IMG/VR virus record: IMGVR_UViG_3300044728_000136
From: a virus
Reading direction: 5' to 3' (one strand)
Length of the DNA stretch: 64,000 nt
Shown here: in pieces, positions 7,796 through 17,298 of the stretch
Position numbering within the stretch: the stretch's first letter is position 1
How the letters are laid out: each line of letters opens with the position of its first letter
The notes under the pieces: generated by a model
The model's input: the letters and a program-made list of their open reading frames with translations, nothing else
Told to the model about the DNA's origin: nothing
The model's database searches: none
Made by a program: the position numbers and the translations under genes

Positions 7796-9651
7796 CAGTG
7801 TGCTCCTTCACTACTTCCGCCGCCAATGTACTCCATATGGACTTCGTAGACTTCCACCGGCTTCAGTGTAGCATCTCCGGTCTGGTAGGTATAGCCCTTC
7901 CTGACCTTCGTCACCCGGAACCGTGCGCCACTGCCCAACAGGATCTCGCTTTCCATCCGATAATCCTTGCTGTCGAGATCTCTGGCGTTCACGGTGGGTT
8001 TTTGTGTATAATCTGATATCGTGTAATCCTCGGGCTTCGTTGTGCCGTCAGCGGTCCACTCCGGATGTTCGAACACAGAGGGGTCTTGCACCCGGGGAAA
8101 ATCATGCCTCACCCGTCGTGCTGCCTCAACCGGGGCGACCTTCGTGCCCTTCGGGAGGGTGATGTAGAATCGCACGGCTGTCCCCACTTCATCCTGATGA
8201 TCCACCAGTGAATTGGGTTTCCCACCATATCGGTGATAGATACTCTCCCACTTCCCAAGTGCAGGATAGCTACGGGCTCGATTGCCTGCATCTCCGAGCA
8301 TCGTGGATGTGAATCCTTTTTCTTCCCAGATTTCCTGTTCCAATGCCGCGAGATCTTCTGCCGACACCCCGGGCAGATAGGCTCCCCGCTCCACCACCAT
8401 CGCCTCATCCAGCACCACGCCACGGTTCGCAATCAGGTCATCAATCCTGTCGGCCTTCTCGGTCACCTCGGCCAGACGTTCTGGATCGGGCACTGGTCCC
8501 TTCACCACCCAATGTGCTTGGAGATACCCCGGTCCACCCGGCGTGTCCTTCGGGATGTTCTCAAAGCTCCACGAGTAGCGAAACTCAGGGCCTTCTGGGG
8601 GGATCATCTTCTGCACCGCTTCACCGCTTGGTGCAGCTTGCACCTTCGCATACTCTTCGGGCGTCAGCGGACGGATACGCCCCTCCGTTGTGGGGGGCTT
8701 GCCTCGACGGAAGTCGTTGATCTGTCGGTAGGTAAACCCCGCATAGCTACTCAGAACATTAGCGTCCTCATAGGTCAGCGTTTCTTTGGCCCATTTCGCT
8801 CCCGGCCCCTTCTCATGCCACTGATAGCCTTCCTCACTGGTGAATTTACGTCCCACCACGGGCTCTGTGGGTGTGCCTTCTCCTACCCAGTGCTCTGTGC
8901 CTCCACTGCCCTTGACCCATCTACCACCTTGAGAAGTGCCCTTCGGACCACGGGGCTGGTTGATATCGAATTTCTTCGCGCCACTTCTCGTCGGAATCGC
9001 CACGTAAATTCGGTCTGTCTTCCGCACCACCTTCACCGGATCCAGATCTTCTAACGGAGATTCCCAATCCGCATACTGTTGTTTGGGGGCACCGGGAGCA
9101 CCCGGAATTCTCTGTTGCGATCCTCGTGGCCCTAGCACCTCTAACACATCCTCTAATCGGTACTGACGAATCTCCTGAATCAATTCAGGGGGAACCGTCT
9201 CTGTGCTAGACATCTCCGTGCTGATAGCATGGGGCCACGATCCGGGTGGACCAAACACACGTTTACCAGCAGGTTTGAAGTATTGATTCGCCTCTGGCTT
9301 AAACACAATCACCGTGATTGTATCCGCCGACGCATCAGATGACAAAGCGGCATAGCTGATCGCCACTTTCTCACTGGTGGACGCAAAGGCTTTTCCAGCC
9401 ACCACACCGCTATCTGTATCGATATCACTGAGCGGCTTCAGACCCTCTTTCAGAATCTTCTCAGCAAACTCATCCGACGTGCCATGATACAGAGCAAACT
9501 GACCTTCCTTGTCCCGTGGATGCTTGGCTTCATCAAATTTGTGTGCAATTGATTGCACAATTTTCAGCTTGGATTTCTCTTTGACAGAATACCCAGTCTG
9601 GTGGGGAGCCTCAGCATGTGATTGGCCAATTTCAACCGTGAGATCAGCCAT
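7795..9651 (-). CDS. polyvalent (likely virion-delivered) protein with a C-terminal R-S-E ADP-ribosyltransferase domain
   Basis: YAGFTYRQINDFRRG, VVERG, FTSTML (STS) and YRMESEILLGSGARFRV (ExE), plus HPRDKEGQF and QPRGPKGTSQGGRW linker motifs. Start at ATG 9651 (MADLTVEIG) overlaps the upstream stop. Confidence 0.7.
   Translation of the reverse strand: MADLTVEIGQSHAEAPHQTGYSVKEKSKLKIVQSIAHKFDEAKHPRDKEGQFALYHGTSDEFAEKILKEGLKPLSDIDTDSGVVAGKAFASTSEKVAISYAALSSDASADTITVIVFKPEANQYFKPAGKRVFGPPGSWPHAISTEMSSTETVPPELIQEIRQYRLEDVLEVLGPRGSQQRIPGAPGAPKQQYADWESPLEDLDPVKVVRKTDRIYVAIPTRSGAKKFDINQPRGPKGTSQGGRWVKGSGGTEHWVGEGTPTEPVVGRKFTSEEGYQWHEKGPGAKWAKETLTYEDANVLSSYAGFTYRQINDFRRGKPPTTEGRIRPLTPEEYAKVQAAPSGEAVQKMIPPEGPEFRYSWSFENIPKDTPGGPGYLQAHWVVKGPVPDPERLAEVTEKADRIDDLIANRGVVLDEAMVVERGAYLPGVSAEDLAALEQEIWEEKGFTSTMLGDAGNRARSYPALGKWESIYHRYGGKPNSLVDHQDEVGTAVRFYITLPKGTKVAPVEAARRVRHDFPRVQDPSVFEHPEWTADGTTKPEDYTISDYTQKPTVNARDLDSKDYRMESEILLGSGARFRVTKVRKGYTYQTGDATLKPVEVYEVHMEYIGGGSSEGAH
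9544..9557. repeat. 14-bp quasi-palindrome copy (perfect)
   Basis: Inside CDS 7795..9651 (codes VQSIA). Confidence 0.8.
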
Positions 9652-11581
9652 GATCTTCCCACTTTCCAGTAGTGGGATTGAAGTAACCAATAGGTTCTAG
9701 ATGCACCACTTGACCATACAGTTGTGGGATCGGAGTGCCTTCAGCGACACGTTTGTCACTGTGCATCGAACCAAAATACTTGACCTCAGTCTTCACCACA
9801 CGAAACCGTCCTGCCACGATAGCTTCCGAGTACACATGTCCAAACTCTTTAGCATTACCGTCTTCATAGCCTCTTTGCTTCGGATCCGTAGGCCACTTCC
9901 CATATGCCACCATCCGTGTGCCTTTCGGAAACACAAACACCGTTGGAGGCCCTTCTTGATGCTCATGTGCCCCACGAGTTGCATAACCTGTCTCTGGTTT
10001 ACCTGCTGACGCCAGTAACGGCAAATCCATTGTGTCTCCCGGCTGGAAATCCGTAAAAGACACATTTTGAAACGCATGATACAACGGCTCTTCGGAGCCA
10101 GTGGCATCGTTATAAATTTCTTCGAGCATCCGTTGTGCAATGGGATCTGATTCTTTCCACCCTAGATCACGGTATCCTTCAATTCCCATCTCACGGGCTG
10201 CGGCTCCGGTAATCGCACTGCTTCCACTATGTGACCCACCCCATAGTCCAATGTTTTTCATCCGTAAAATCTGGTGGGTTATTGCTGGGGGCTCATAATC
10301 ACTACTCTCAGGAAGGTCTTCCCATCCATACGGTTGTTCACCAGTAGATGATCGATTCCACCCTCCCTCATGTTTCAGCCATGTATTTTTGTTCGATGCT
10401 TGAAACCCACCTACCTTCGCAAATCGTCCACCTTCTGACGTACCAGAAGGTTCTCGGACGTACTCTCGCTTTCTCACCAGAGCTTCAATGGCCGCGATCT
10501 TCTTATTACCCCTGAACGTCCACTTCCCAGACGGCTCCTGATCCATGTACTGCGTAATGTACGGGTAGGCTGAGGCATCGGCTTGGTAGAAGGCCAGTTG
10601 CAGAGTCACAAAGTCAGCGATGTTCATGCCGACTTTTTTGGCCTTCTCTTGGAGCTTGGCAACCACCTCGGCTTCCTTGGCCTTGAAGCCTTCATAGCCT
10701 CTGAACAAAGGTCCAATCAGGTCATGATTCATCAACTCCGTGGCGAGTGTTATGTCCTTCTCACTGAAGCCTTCCTTCCGTAGCACGTCTTGGAGAATGG
10801 GTGTCGTGTATTCGTGTTGCTGTTCTTTCCCGCCTCCTTCTTCAATCGCCTCAGCTTTGCCGATGTCATGCAGAGGAATGGCTGATTCCATCAATCGGCC
10901 TACATCGCTCCCGAATCGTTCGGAGATACCAGCCAACTCCTCATCCGTCAGTTGCTTTTCCCACTCTCGCCCCACGTCTCCTGTATGAGCTTCGATGCTG
11001 CCCATCTCCGTGCCTGTGTCACGGGGGTAGTTATGGGCGACGGCTGAGTAGATGGCTTTCATATGAGCCATACGACCCATGACTCGTGCCCACCGTCCTT
11101 GCTTGTCTCGTGGCTGGCTGGGATCCCACTTCAGGCCAAGATCTTGTCGCGTCCACGGGCCATGATGACGGGCTCGTATCTGGTTCCGGATCGCTTCCGT
11201 GCTGGTATAAGAGGCTTCCAGTTGAGCGTTGAGAAGCGCATAGTATTTCTCTTTGGCAAGGATCACACCAGTCGTCGGGTCAACCACCGTGCCATTGGCC
11301 CGTTCAATCCACGCATGATCGAACGTCTTGCCTTCGGCATTGGTGACCTTGCCGTGAACAATCTTATCTGTCTGGGATCCGTGACGAGCATTCCATCGGT
11401 TCACATTGGCGAAGCACAGGCCCGGTTCCCCGGCTTCGCACGTCTCCACCGTGGAGGCACCTTTCGCAAACCGTCCAGCCTTGTCTCGTGGTTGCGTGGG
11501 ATCAAACTTCAGCGCCCAGACGTACTCCCGCTTCACTACGAAGCGTTCGGCGTAGTCCTGCTGAAGGGAACTTCGGAGCAT
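9644..11581 (-). CDS. polyvalent protein: papain-like Cys/His domain + HD phosphohydrolase domain + uncertain ART-like C-terminus
   Basis: GLCFANV..FDHAWIE..VVDPT (C-H-D) and AIPLHDIGK..HEYT..MNHDLIG (HD), plus three DPxQPRDKxGRF/W-type motifs. The C-terminal LYHAF/LLASAG/YSEAIVAGRFRV is only loosely ART-like. Confidence 0.65.
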   Translation of the reverse strand: MLRSSLQQDYAERFVVKREYVWALKFDPTQPRDKAGRFAKGASTVETCEAGEPGLCFANVNRWNARHGSQTDKIVHGKVTNAEGKTFDHAWIERANGTVVDPTTGVILAKEKYYALLNAQLEASYTSTEAIRNQIRARHHGPWTRQDLGLKWDPSQPRDKQGRWARVMGRMAHMKAIYSAVAHNYPRDTGTEMGSIEAHTGDVGREWEKQLTDEELAGISERFGSDVGRLMESAIPLHDIGKAEAIEEGGGKEQQHEYTTPILQDVLRKEGFSEKDITLATELMNHDLIGPLFRGYEGFKAKEAEVVAKLQEKAKKVGMNIADFVTLQLAFYQADASAYPYITQYMDQEPSGKWTFRGNKKIAAIEALVRKREYVREPSGTSEGGRFAKVGGFQASNKNTWLKHEGGWNRSSTGEQPYGWEDLPESSDYEPPAITHQILRMKNIGLWGGSHSGSSAITGAAAREMGIEGYRDLGWKESDPIAQRMLEEIYNDATGSEEPLYHAFQNVSFTDFQPGDTMDLPLLASAGKPETGYATRGAHEHQEGPPTVFVFPKGTRMVAYGKWPTDPKQRGYEDGNAKEFGHVYSEAIVAGRFRVVKTEVKYFGSMHSDKRVAEGTPIPQLYGQVVHLEPIGYFNPTTGKWEDHG

Positions 11582-11952
11582 TAGAAAATCTTTGCGGTGA
11601 CCGCTACGGCATTGGTCCGTGTCGTCATCTTCAACCGCACAAACTTGGCGACGATGCTGGGGATTTCCAATCGAGACACATTCCCTGATCCCAATGTGGA
11701 CAATCCCGGCCCCGTCTTGACATAGAAAGCTTCGGCATCCGTGTCTGCGGCTTCGACGTCAATCTGGAAGGCCCCCGGAGAGGCTGAGAACTGCACCTCA
11801 ACGGAAATACAATTGGGCATGTTCGCTTGGCGCTTCAGGTAGATCGCCTGACTCTTGGACTGGGTAGGCAACGTCAGCGTTTCATTGCTCCACACCTCCG
11901 AAGGCTTCCCGGGCGTCTGGGTGATGGGCGTGGCGGATCCATACAAAGGCAT
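11581..11952 (-). CDS. hypothetical protein (beta-rich, possibly virion)
   Basis: ORF track, 123 aa; AAGGAG + 5 nt; TAATG coupling to the downstream gene. Confidence 0.55.
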   Translation of the reverse strand: MPLYGSATPITQTPGKPSEVWSNETLTLPTQSKSQAIYLKRQANMPNCISVEVQFSASPGAFQIDVEAADTDAEAFYVKTGPGLSTLGSGNVSRLEIPSIVAKFVRLKMTTRTNAVAVTAKIF

Positions 11953-11961
11953 GACGACTCC

Positions 11962-12105
11962 TTACGAATTCGCCGCTGTCAAGCTGGCGTTGATTTTGTC
12001 AATGTCCATGGGAACCTCTTGAAATCCCACAGGCTTCTTCTTCTTGAAGCGAAGAACACTCGCGTAGGGTGGTTTCTTTTTCTTGAGAAGTTTTTTCTTG
12101 GCCAT
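11962..12105 (-). CDS. small basic ORF (47 aa)
   Basis: Own translation: MAKKKLLKKKKPPYASVLRFKKKKPVGFQEVPMDIDKINASLTAANS. Starts 2 nt after the upstream stop. Below the track cut-off. Confidence 0.3.
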   Translation of the reverse strand: MAKKKLLKKKKPPYASVLRFKKKKPVGFQEVPMDIDKINASLTAANS

Positions 12106-12106
12106 A

Positions 12107-12418
12107 TCAATCCACGATAGAGACAGGATGCACCACCCGATAATTCAAGCCTTCTTGCACAGCCGTGATGACCAATGAATACTCGACGCTCGCATGAAGC
12201 ATCATCGTATCCGATTCAATCACCCACTCATAGTCCCCTTCGCTGGCCGGAACATAGACCATTGGCACATTGGTAAACGCGGGCACTGGCACGTTTCTGC
12301 TGTCGTGCAATGTAGCTTTGACCGTCGCTTCATTCAGGAACAGTCCGGTTTGGAGAGCTTTCAAACCGTGCATCGTGACAACTTGATCATTACCTCGTTT
12401 CAACGTGACTCTAGTCAT
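12107..12418 (-). CDS. hypothetical protein (103 aa)
   Basis: Track ORF trimmed to ATG 12418 (MTRVTLK), which overlaps the TAG of the fibre gene. Confidence 0.5.
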   Translation of the reverse strand: MTRVTLKRGNDQVVTMHGLKALQTGLFLNEATVKATLHDSRNVPVPAFTNVPMVYVPASEGDYEWVIESDTMMLHASVEYSLVITAVQEGLNYRVVHPVSIVD

Positions 12419-15400
12419 GAACCGTCTCCAAGCAACATACGTGCAAGCCATCACTTGTCACCAACACCCGAGTTTTCAAGTCATACCCCAGCATCGGCAC
12501 GCTCGGCGGGTGAACTGGGAGGCTTAGCTGCGTCACACGAAGACTAGCAGATGTCACAGCCATCTCGGTGCCAATTGTAACACTCGCTGCCAGATAACGC
12601 ACCCGGATTCCACTGACCAGACAAGTGGTGGGTGGAAGCACTCTCCCCACAGATGGGGGAAAGACTCGGGTAGTCGGCTGGATGCCCCCGACAATGATGA
12701 TCCCGATCTCGGGTTCAACAGTCGGAGGATAGAGAACATCGGTCGAGTCAATAAATCCGGCAATGAACCCTGTGCGAATTGCGGGAGCAAAAATCTGCGT
12801 GGTAGAAGCCACGGGCACCACTTGCACCGTGACCGAGATGGACGGCGCAAATAATTGCGCGGTAGAACTGATCGTGATCCCGCTGACAAAGAGCGTGACG
12901 GTAGGTGGGTAGACCTGAACCGTCGAGACAATTCGCACCCCGGTAATGAACGTCAGAGGAGACACAGACGGAGCGAACCGCTGTGACGTAGATGGAATCG
13001 TTGCCGTAATAACTCGGAGACTGACGCTTGGCGGATAGACTTGGGTGGTAGTGCTTACCGTTATGCCACTGATCAGACGCGATATAAACGGGGCGAAAAT
13101 CTGAAGTGATGAACTAATTATTCCGGTAATGAGCGATCCGGCTCCAACCAATGCGGGCGGGAATATCTGAGCCGTAGTAGACCGATAAACCCCTCCAACA
13201 GAGGCCAACGTCGTAATCAGCGGAGGATTGCAATTGATTGCACTCGGGCGGGTCGGGCCTCCAATCGTGATCGCTCCGGTAGTGATGGTGGGCGCAAATC
13301 TCTGAAGTGTCGAACCAATGTTCGGGACACCTAAGACCCCTGCCAACAACACAGTAGGATCGAACAGTTGCGTACTTTTCACCCACACGGGCATCGTGAC
13401 TGTGGCGGCTCCTACAGCCACGAATGGGGCAAAGACTTGCTGGGTGGTCGCTCGTGTAGCAGTAGTAACGTTCAGAGCCACGGACAGCGGAAAGACTCCG
13501 CTGCTACTCCCTATCGTTGCTCCTGAAACCAGCGGGATAACAAACGGGGCGTAGACTTGGCTCGTGCTGGGGCGTGTCCCTCCGATGATCGTTGCTACCC
13601 CCACCGCAACTGCGGGTGGGTAGACTGCAATTGCGGTCGGACAGTGACTAGCGGTGACCGTGGCCACTCCCGGGGTGAGGCTGGGCGCGTTGACCACACT
13701 GGTCAACGGTCTGGTGCCTGTCGTAACGCTCAGAGCCGTAGACGGGGGAAAAGCTCCGCTCGTGACCCCTATGGTCGCTCCGGCAACGTGTGGGGCTGTC
13801 CGTGGGGCAAACGTCTGGGAAGTGGCTCCTATCGTCGGGAGGAGAACCGTGACAGTCCCCGGAGCCACTGTGGGAGCGTACCGGGCTCCTGTCGCCGCAA
13901 CGGTACTGCCGCCTATCGTGATTGCCCCTGCCGCGACCGTCAGTGCAAACAATTGCACCGTCGAGGCACGAATGCCCGTCGCAATTGAGATCGCCCCCAC
14001 CCCAATTGAGGCCGCGAACATCTGTACAGTGCTAGGCCGATGGGCTCCGGTAACTGTGACTGGGCCAGACGCTATCGTGGGAGCGTATAGCTGGATAGTT
14101 GTGGGTCGTGTCGCTCCTGTGACCGTGACCGGTCCTGTCGTGACCGTGTGGGCGTAAAGAAGATTCGTGCTCGGGATGAACGCCTGAGCAATCGCATCGA
14201 TCTGTGGAACAAAAGCCGGTCCAAACGCTGAAGGCTCAAACGCATTCCCAGTATAGACAGGAACCGTGGGGGCAAAAAGTTGTGCTGTCGAACCAATCAA
14301 CGCGCCCGTGATGTTCTGCGCGACAATCTCAACCGAAAGATTTCCTAGACGAATATAATCAGCGTTATCGTAAGCAGTGTAATGGCCTCCATGTCCCGGC
14401 TGACCCGTATAGGCAACACTACTACTCGATTGATCCGTGCCAATCTGCGTAAACGCACCAGCACCAACTTTCTTATACGCACGGAGCGTCGTACCTTCAA
14501 CTTCTAATCGCAGCCAGTTCCCAACCGCAACGGACGCTCCCGTCGTTTGCAGAACAACAAAGTTGCCACTATCGATACGTCCAATAGTGATGGAGCCACC
14601 CCACCCATCACCCCAATACAACACCAACCCATAAAACGAAGCGTAGTCCGTTCCGGATCCACGAAGGAAAATAAATTGGTTGTACCCTGCGGTTGCTGAC
14701 CCTGCCCCTATTTTGATTTCAATAAACTGATCTTGATCAAACGCATTGACGCTAGGATTCCAGCGCATGGCTTGAATGCCGCCAAACGCCACAGGCGTCG
14801 ATTGCCCACTGAGATTCTTCAGGGCTCCATTAATTGATTGCCACGGCGGATCAGGCAGCGGGTTCGCATCCGGCTTGGTGCTGAAGTCATACTCGACTTG
14901 TCCTCCACCCCCTCCACCTGTGGCTAACGCCACAATCGGAGCCCGCACCACCAATCCAGAAGCAATGAACGCCCCAGCAATTCCTTCTATCGGTATTCCG
15001 ACTGCGGCTCGGAACGTCAACACCGTGCCTGCGATAGCGGCACCATACGTCGGTTGAGGCGTCCACGTCGGCGTCAGACTCGTCATCGCTGAGCCCGTCG
15101 CATTGACGCGATAGGCGGCTGATGCACCGAACGACGTACCGGCCACACCGATGTCGGACTGGGCAATCGTACTGGTGGGCAGGGTGACACTGACCCACGA
15201 CGGTGGAGAGCCGATGTACTGACCAAGGCCAGTCACCAACAGATCGCCTGCATCGAGTGTGGCAATCGTGCCCACCGCTACGGGCACATCGGACCCAGAA
15301 TAGTTGCTCAGCCCCGACTGTGCAATGAGCGGATCTGCGGTACGATCCACCCCAGCAAATCCCAGCACAATCAACGTGGAGTAGTTGTCCGTGCCGGGGT

Positions 15401-17051
15401 GCGAAAAATTCATCGACGCACTGACCGTAGGGTTCCAAGCGTAAAACGCCTTGACCTGAACGGCTGCTGCATCGTTGTTTTGTATGGTGCCACCAACGTA
15501 GGTGTTACTCTCACTGTCACTGACGTTGTAGGCGGGGCCGCTAATGTAACGGACAGCGATCAGGACAATCAGATCCGCCCCGGTCATATTCAGACCGGTA
15601 ATGAACGACCCGTCATTGCCCGAAGCTTTTGCAGAAGCAACTAAGGTGATATCAGCCGAAGGAGGGAGATCTCCAACAAGAGGGGCGTAAAGAACCGCCG
15701 TCGAAGCGATGGTTGCTAAAGAAGGCTGAGGAGGCTCAACATCATCATAGGCTCTAAACGAATCGAACACTTCCAACAACGTAGTACCGACATCAGCGTA
15801 CAAGCCCGAAATGCCTGTCGTGTACGTGGTGTCCGTTGCTGATACGACGGAAACCCCATTCTTATAGCCAACCAATGACGATCCAATCGCCTCAAACCGA
15901 AGAACATCCCCCGGAACAAACGTAGAATTCAGCGATTGTAGTTGGGTGAACGCCCCTCCGGTTTGTCTGTAAATGCGAACAATCGTGCCATCCGCTATCT
16001 GTAGAAGATAAGAATTGAGTGCGCCGGGGGTTCGACGCAAAAATAGACCAAGACGCTTACCTGCCCCTGAGTTTCCTTGTTGGACTACCACCTGTGCGGC
16101 CTGTGTCGGCCCTAACGTCGTGGTATTGTGATAAATCGCTCCTGATCCTGATACCGTATTTGAAGCACTCGCGCCTGTGCCACTGGCCGCAATTTGCAGA
16201 AGCGTCGTGCCAGTATTGAATTCATTGACCCACGTTCCGCCCGCATCTGGGGCATGCGCCGTCAGATCCGTACCCGACGTGCCCATGAACTGGTCATAGA
16301 TTTTTTGGTACCACGTCAGGGCAACACTAGGTTCACAAAGAAGGACTGTCGAAAGAATAGTATTACCCGTGACCAATTGAGTATTCACAACAATCGGAAC
16401 ACGGACTACGGTGGTCGAAGCAATCATCACACCCGTAACGGCTTGGTTCCCGGGCGTGAAATCGCTCGACAGAACGGTCGTGCCTGTAGATGCTGTGCCT
16501 GCACGCAAACGAATGTTCGTGGTGGTCATGCCACCAGCACCCGTGCGCTTCCACGCGACCTGTATAAACAGATACTGACTGGTGAAAGTGATCGCACCGG
16601 GGTTGAACGTCAACGTGCCATTGACATCGGACGTACTGACATTTGTGCAGACCGACGCTGATTGTTGTGCGCTTGTGATCTCCGTCGCACCACTGCCGTC
16701 AGCATTCGCTTTAATAAGACGAAAAACGATCTGACCGTCTGCTGCACCTCCTTGGGTGGGAGATTGCACAGCAAATGTAAACGTCCAGTTGCCTGATGCA
16801 AATGTGCCGGTCAGGATGGGAGTACGAAAGGCATCCTTGAGAGTGGTATCGAGCGTGCCATCAGGAACCGTCGAACCGACAAAAGTGGTTGACGCTCGTT
16901 CGTTAAGCGCCTGTAATTCAGAATTGAGCGTGGCACCCGTGCCCACCACCCATCCAGAATTGGATGTGGTGGGAATTTGAGCAGTCTCCGAAAGTTGCTG
17001 CCATCCATTCGCGTCAGCGGCATTGACGAGATACCACTTAATGGTTGCCAC
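12411..17051 (-). CDS. giant tail fibre / host-recognition protein (1546 aa)
   Basis: GTG start after GAGG. Two LamG/concanavalin-like segments (YLLQIADGTIVRIYRQ; ITIGRIDSGNFVVLQ..WLRLEVEGTTLRAYK) and a Gly6 linker, followed by ~25 degenerate ~20-aa repeats. Confidence 0.7.
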   Translation of the reverse strand: MATIKWYLVNAADANGWQQLSETAQIPTTSNSGWVVGTGATLNSELQALNERASTTFVGSTVPDGTLDTTLKDAFRTPILTGTFASGNWTFTFAVQSPTQGGAADGQIVFRLIKANADGSGATEITSAQQSASVCTNVSTSDVNGTLTFNPGAITFTSQYLFIQVAWKRTGAGGMTTTNIRLRAGTASTGTTVLSSDFTPGNQAVTGVMIASTTVVRVPIVVNTQLVTGNTILSTVLLCEPSVALTWYQKIYDQFMGTSGTDLTAHAPDAGGTWVNEFNTGTTLLQIAASGTGASASNTVSGSGAIYHNTTTLGPTQAAQVVVQQGNSGAGKRLGLFLRRTPGALNSYLLQIADGTIVRIYRQTGGAFTQLQSLNSTFVPGDVLRFEAIGSSLVGYKNGVSVVSATDTTYTTGISGLYADVGTTLLEVFDSFRAYDDVEPPQPSLATIASTAVLYAPLVGDLPPSADITLVASAKASGNDGSFITGLNMTGADLIVLIAVRYISGPAYNVSDSESNTYVGGTIQNNDAAAVQVKAFYAWNPTVSASMNFSHPGTDNYSTLIVLGFAGVDRTADPLIAQSGLSNYSGSDVPVAVGTIATLDAGDLLVTGLGQYIGSPPSWVSVTLPTSTIAQSDIGVAGTSFGASAAYRVNATGSAMTSLTPTWTPQPTYGAAIAGTVLTFRAAVGIPIEGIAGAFIASGLVVRAPIVALATGGGGGGQVEYDFSTKPDANPLPDPPWQSINGALKNLSGQSTPVAFGGIQAMRWNPSVNAFDQDQFIEIKIGAGSATAGYNQFIFLRGSGTDYASFYGLVLYWGDGWGGSITIGRIDSGNFVVLQTTGASVAVGNWLRLEVEGTTLRAYKKVGAGAFTQIGTDQSSSSVAYTGQPGHGGHYTAYDNADYIRLGNLSVEIVAQNITGALIGSTAQLFAPTVPVYTGNAFEPSAFGPAFVPQIDAIAQAFIPSTNLLYAHTVTTGPVTVTGATRPTTIQLYAPTIASGPVTVTGAHRPSTVQMFAASIGVGAISIATGIRASTVQLFALTVAAGAITIGGSTVAATGARYAPTVAPGTVTVLLPTIGATSQTFAPRTAPHVAGATIGVTSGAFPPSTALSVTTGTRPLTSVVNAPSLTPGVATVTASHCPTAIAVYPPAVAVGVATIIGGTRPSTSQVYAPFVIPLVSGATIGSSSGVFPLSVALNVTTATRATTQQVFAPFVAVGAATVTMPVWVKSTQLFDPTVLLAGVLGVPNIGSTLQRFAPTITTGAITIGGPTRPSAINCNPPLITTLASVGGVYRSTTAQIFPPALVGAGSLITGIISSSLQIFAPFISRLISGITVSTTTQVYPPSVSLRVITATIPSTSQRFAPSVSPLTFITGVRIVSTVQVYPPTVTLFVSGITISSTAQLFAPSISVTVQVVPVASTTQIFAPAIRTGFIAGFIDSTDVLYPPTVEPEIGIIIVGGIQPTTRVFPPSVGRVLPPTTCLVSGIRVRYLAASVTIGTEMAVTSASLRVTQLSLPVHPPSVPMLGYDLKTRVLVTSDGLHVCCLETVHD
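13229..13242. repeat. 14-bp quasi-palindrome copy (perfect)
   Basis: Inside the fibre CDS (codes AINCN). Confidence 0.8.
13944..13957. repeat. 14-bp quasi-palindrome copy TGCAAACAATTGCA (1 mismatch)
   Basis: Inside the fibre CDS (codes VQLFA). Confidence 0.65.
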
Positions 17052-17057
17052 AATGCC

Positions 17058-17282
17058 TCAGAGCTTTAATTCAAGATCAGATGTGGAATCGCTGTGGGCT
17101 ATATAGAAGCGTGTGATCGGACTGCGGAATCCTTGCAACCAATAACCCAACCGTCGATACCACGGCAATTGATGCCACCAGACTTCATCCCACAACTGGG
17201 CGAGGCGATTTTCTAAGAGCAACACCCGTTGATCCAGTGGAAGCCCTGTCGGAGGGGCTGGGATCGGATGACGCTCTCGCAT
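17058..17282 (-). CDS. hypothetical protein (Trp-rich)
   Basis: ORF track, 74 aa, between two fibre genes. Confidence 0.4.
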   Translation of the reverse strand: MRERHPIPAPPTGLPLDQRVLLLENRLAQLWDEVWWHQLPWYRRLGYWLQGFRSPITRFYIAHSDSTSDLELKL

Positions 17283-17298
17283 TACGGGTCATTTTCCT

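Larger units (their letters stand above)
12642..14309 (-). repeat. coding tandem-repeat region (~25 units of ~20-23 aa, each with Q-x-[FY]-[AP]-P)
   Basis: Counted in the translated fibre, aa ~915-1470: QLFAPT, QLYAPT, QMFAAS, QVYAPF, QRFAPS, QIFAPA, VLYPPT and others. Confidence 0.65.

Noticed and set aside
11975-12000. Two TTGACA hexamers on the minus strand inside the small basic ORF.
   Set aside because: No acceptable -10 hexamer lies 16-18 nt downstream of either.
12411-17051. The tail-fibre repeat array as a diversity-generating-retroelement target.
   Set aside because: No reverse transcriptase gene, template repeat or adenine-biased near-identical copy exists anywhere in the window.
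14830-17174. Degenerate motif look-alikes, for example TTAATTGATTGCC near 14830 and GGCAATTGATGCCA near 17165. Half-sites also occur at 13627, 13981, 23951, 26447, 45265, 46531 and 49905.
   Set aside because: They have three or more mismatches, or only one arm is present. They may be decayed copies, but they are not distinguishable from chance by eye.
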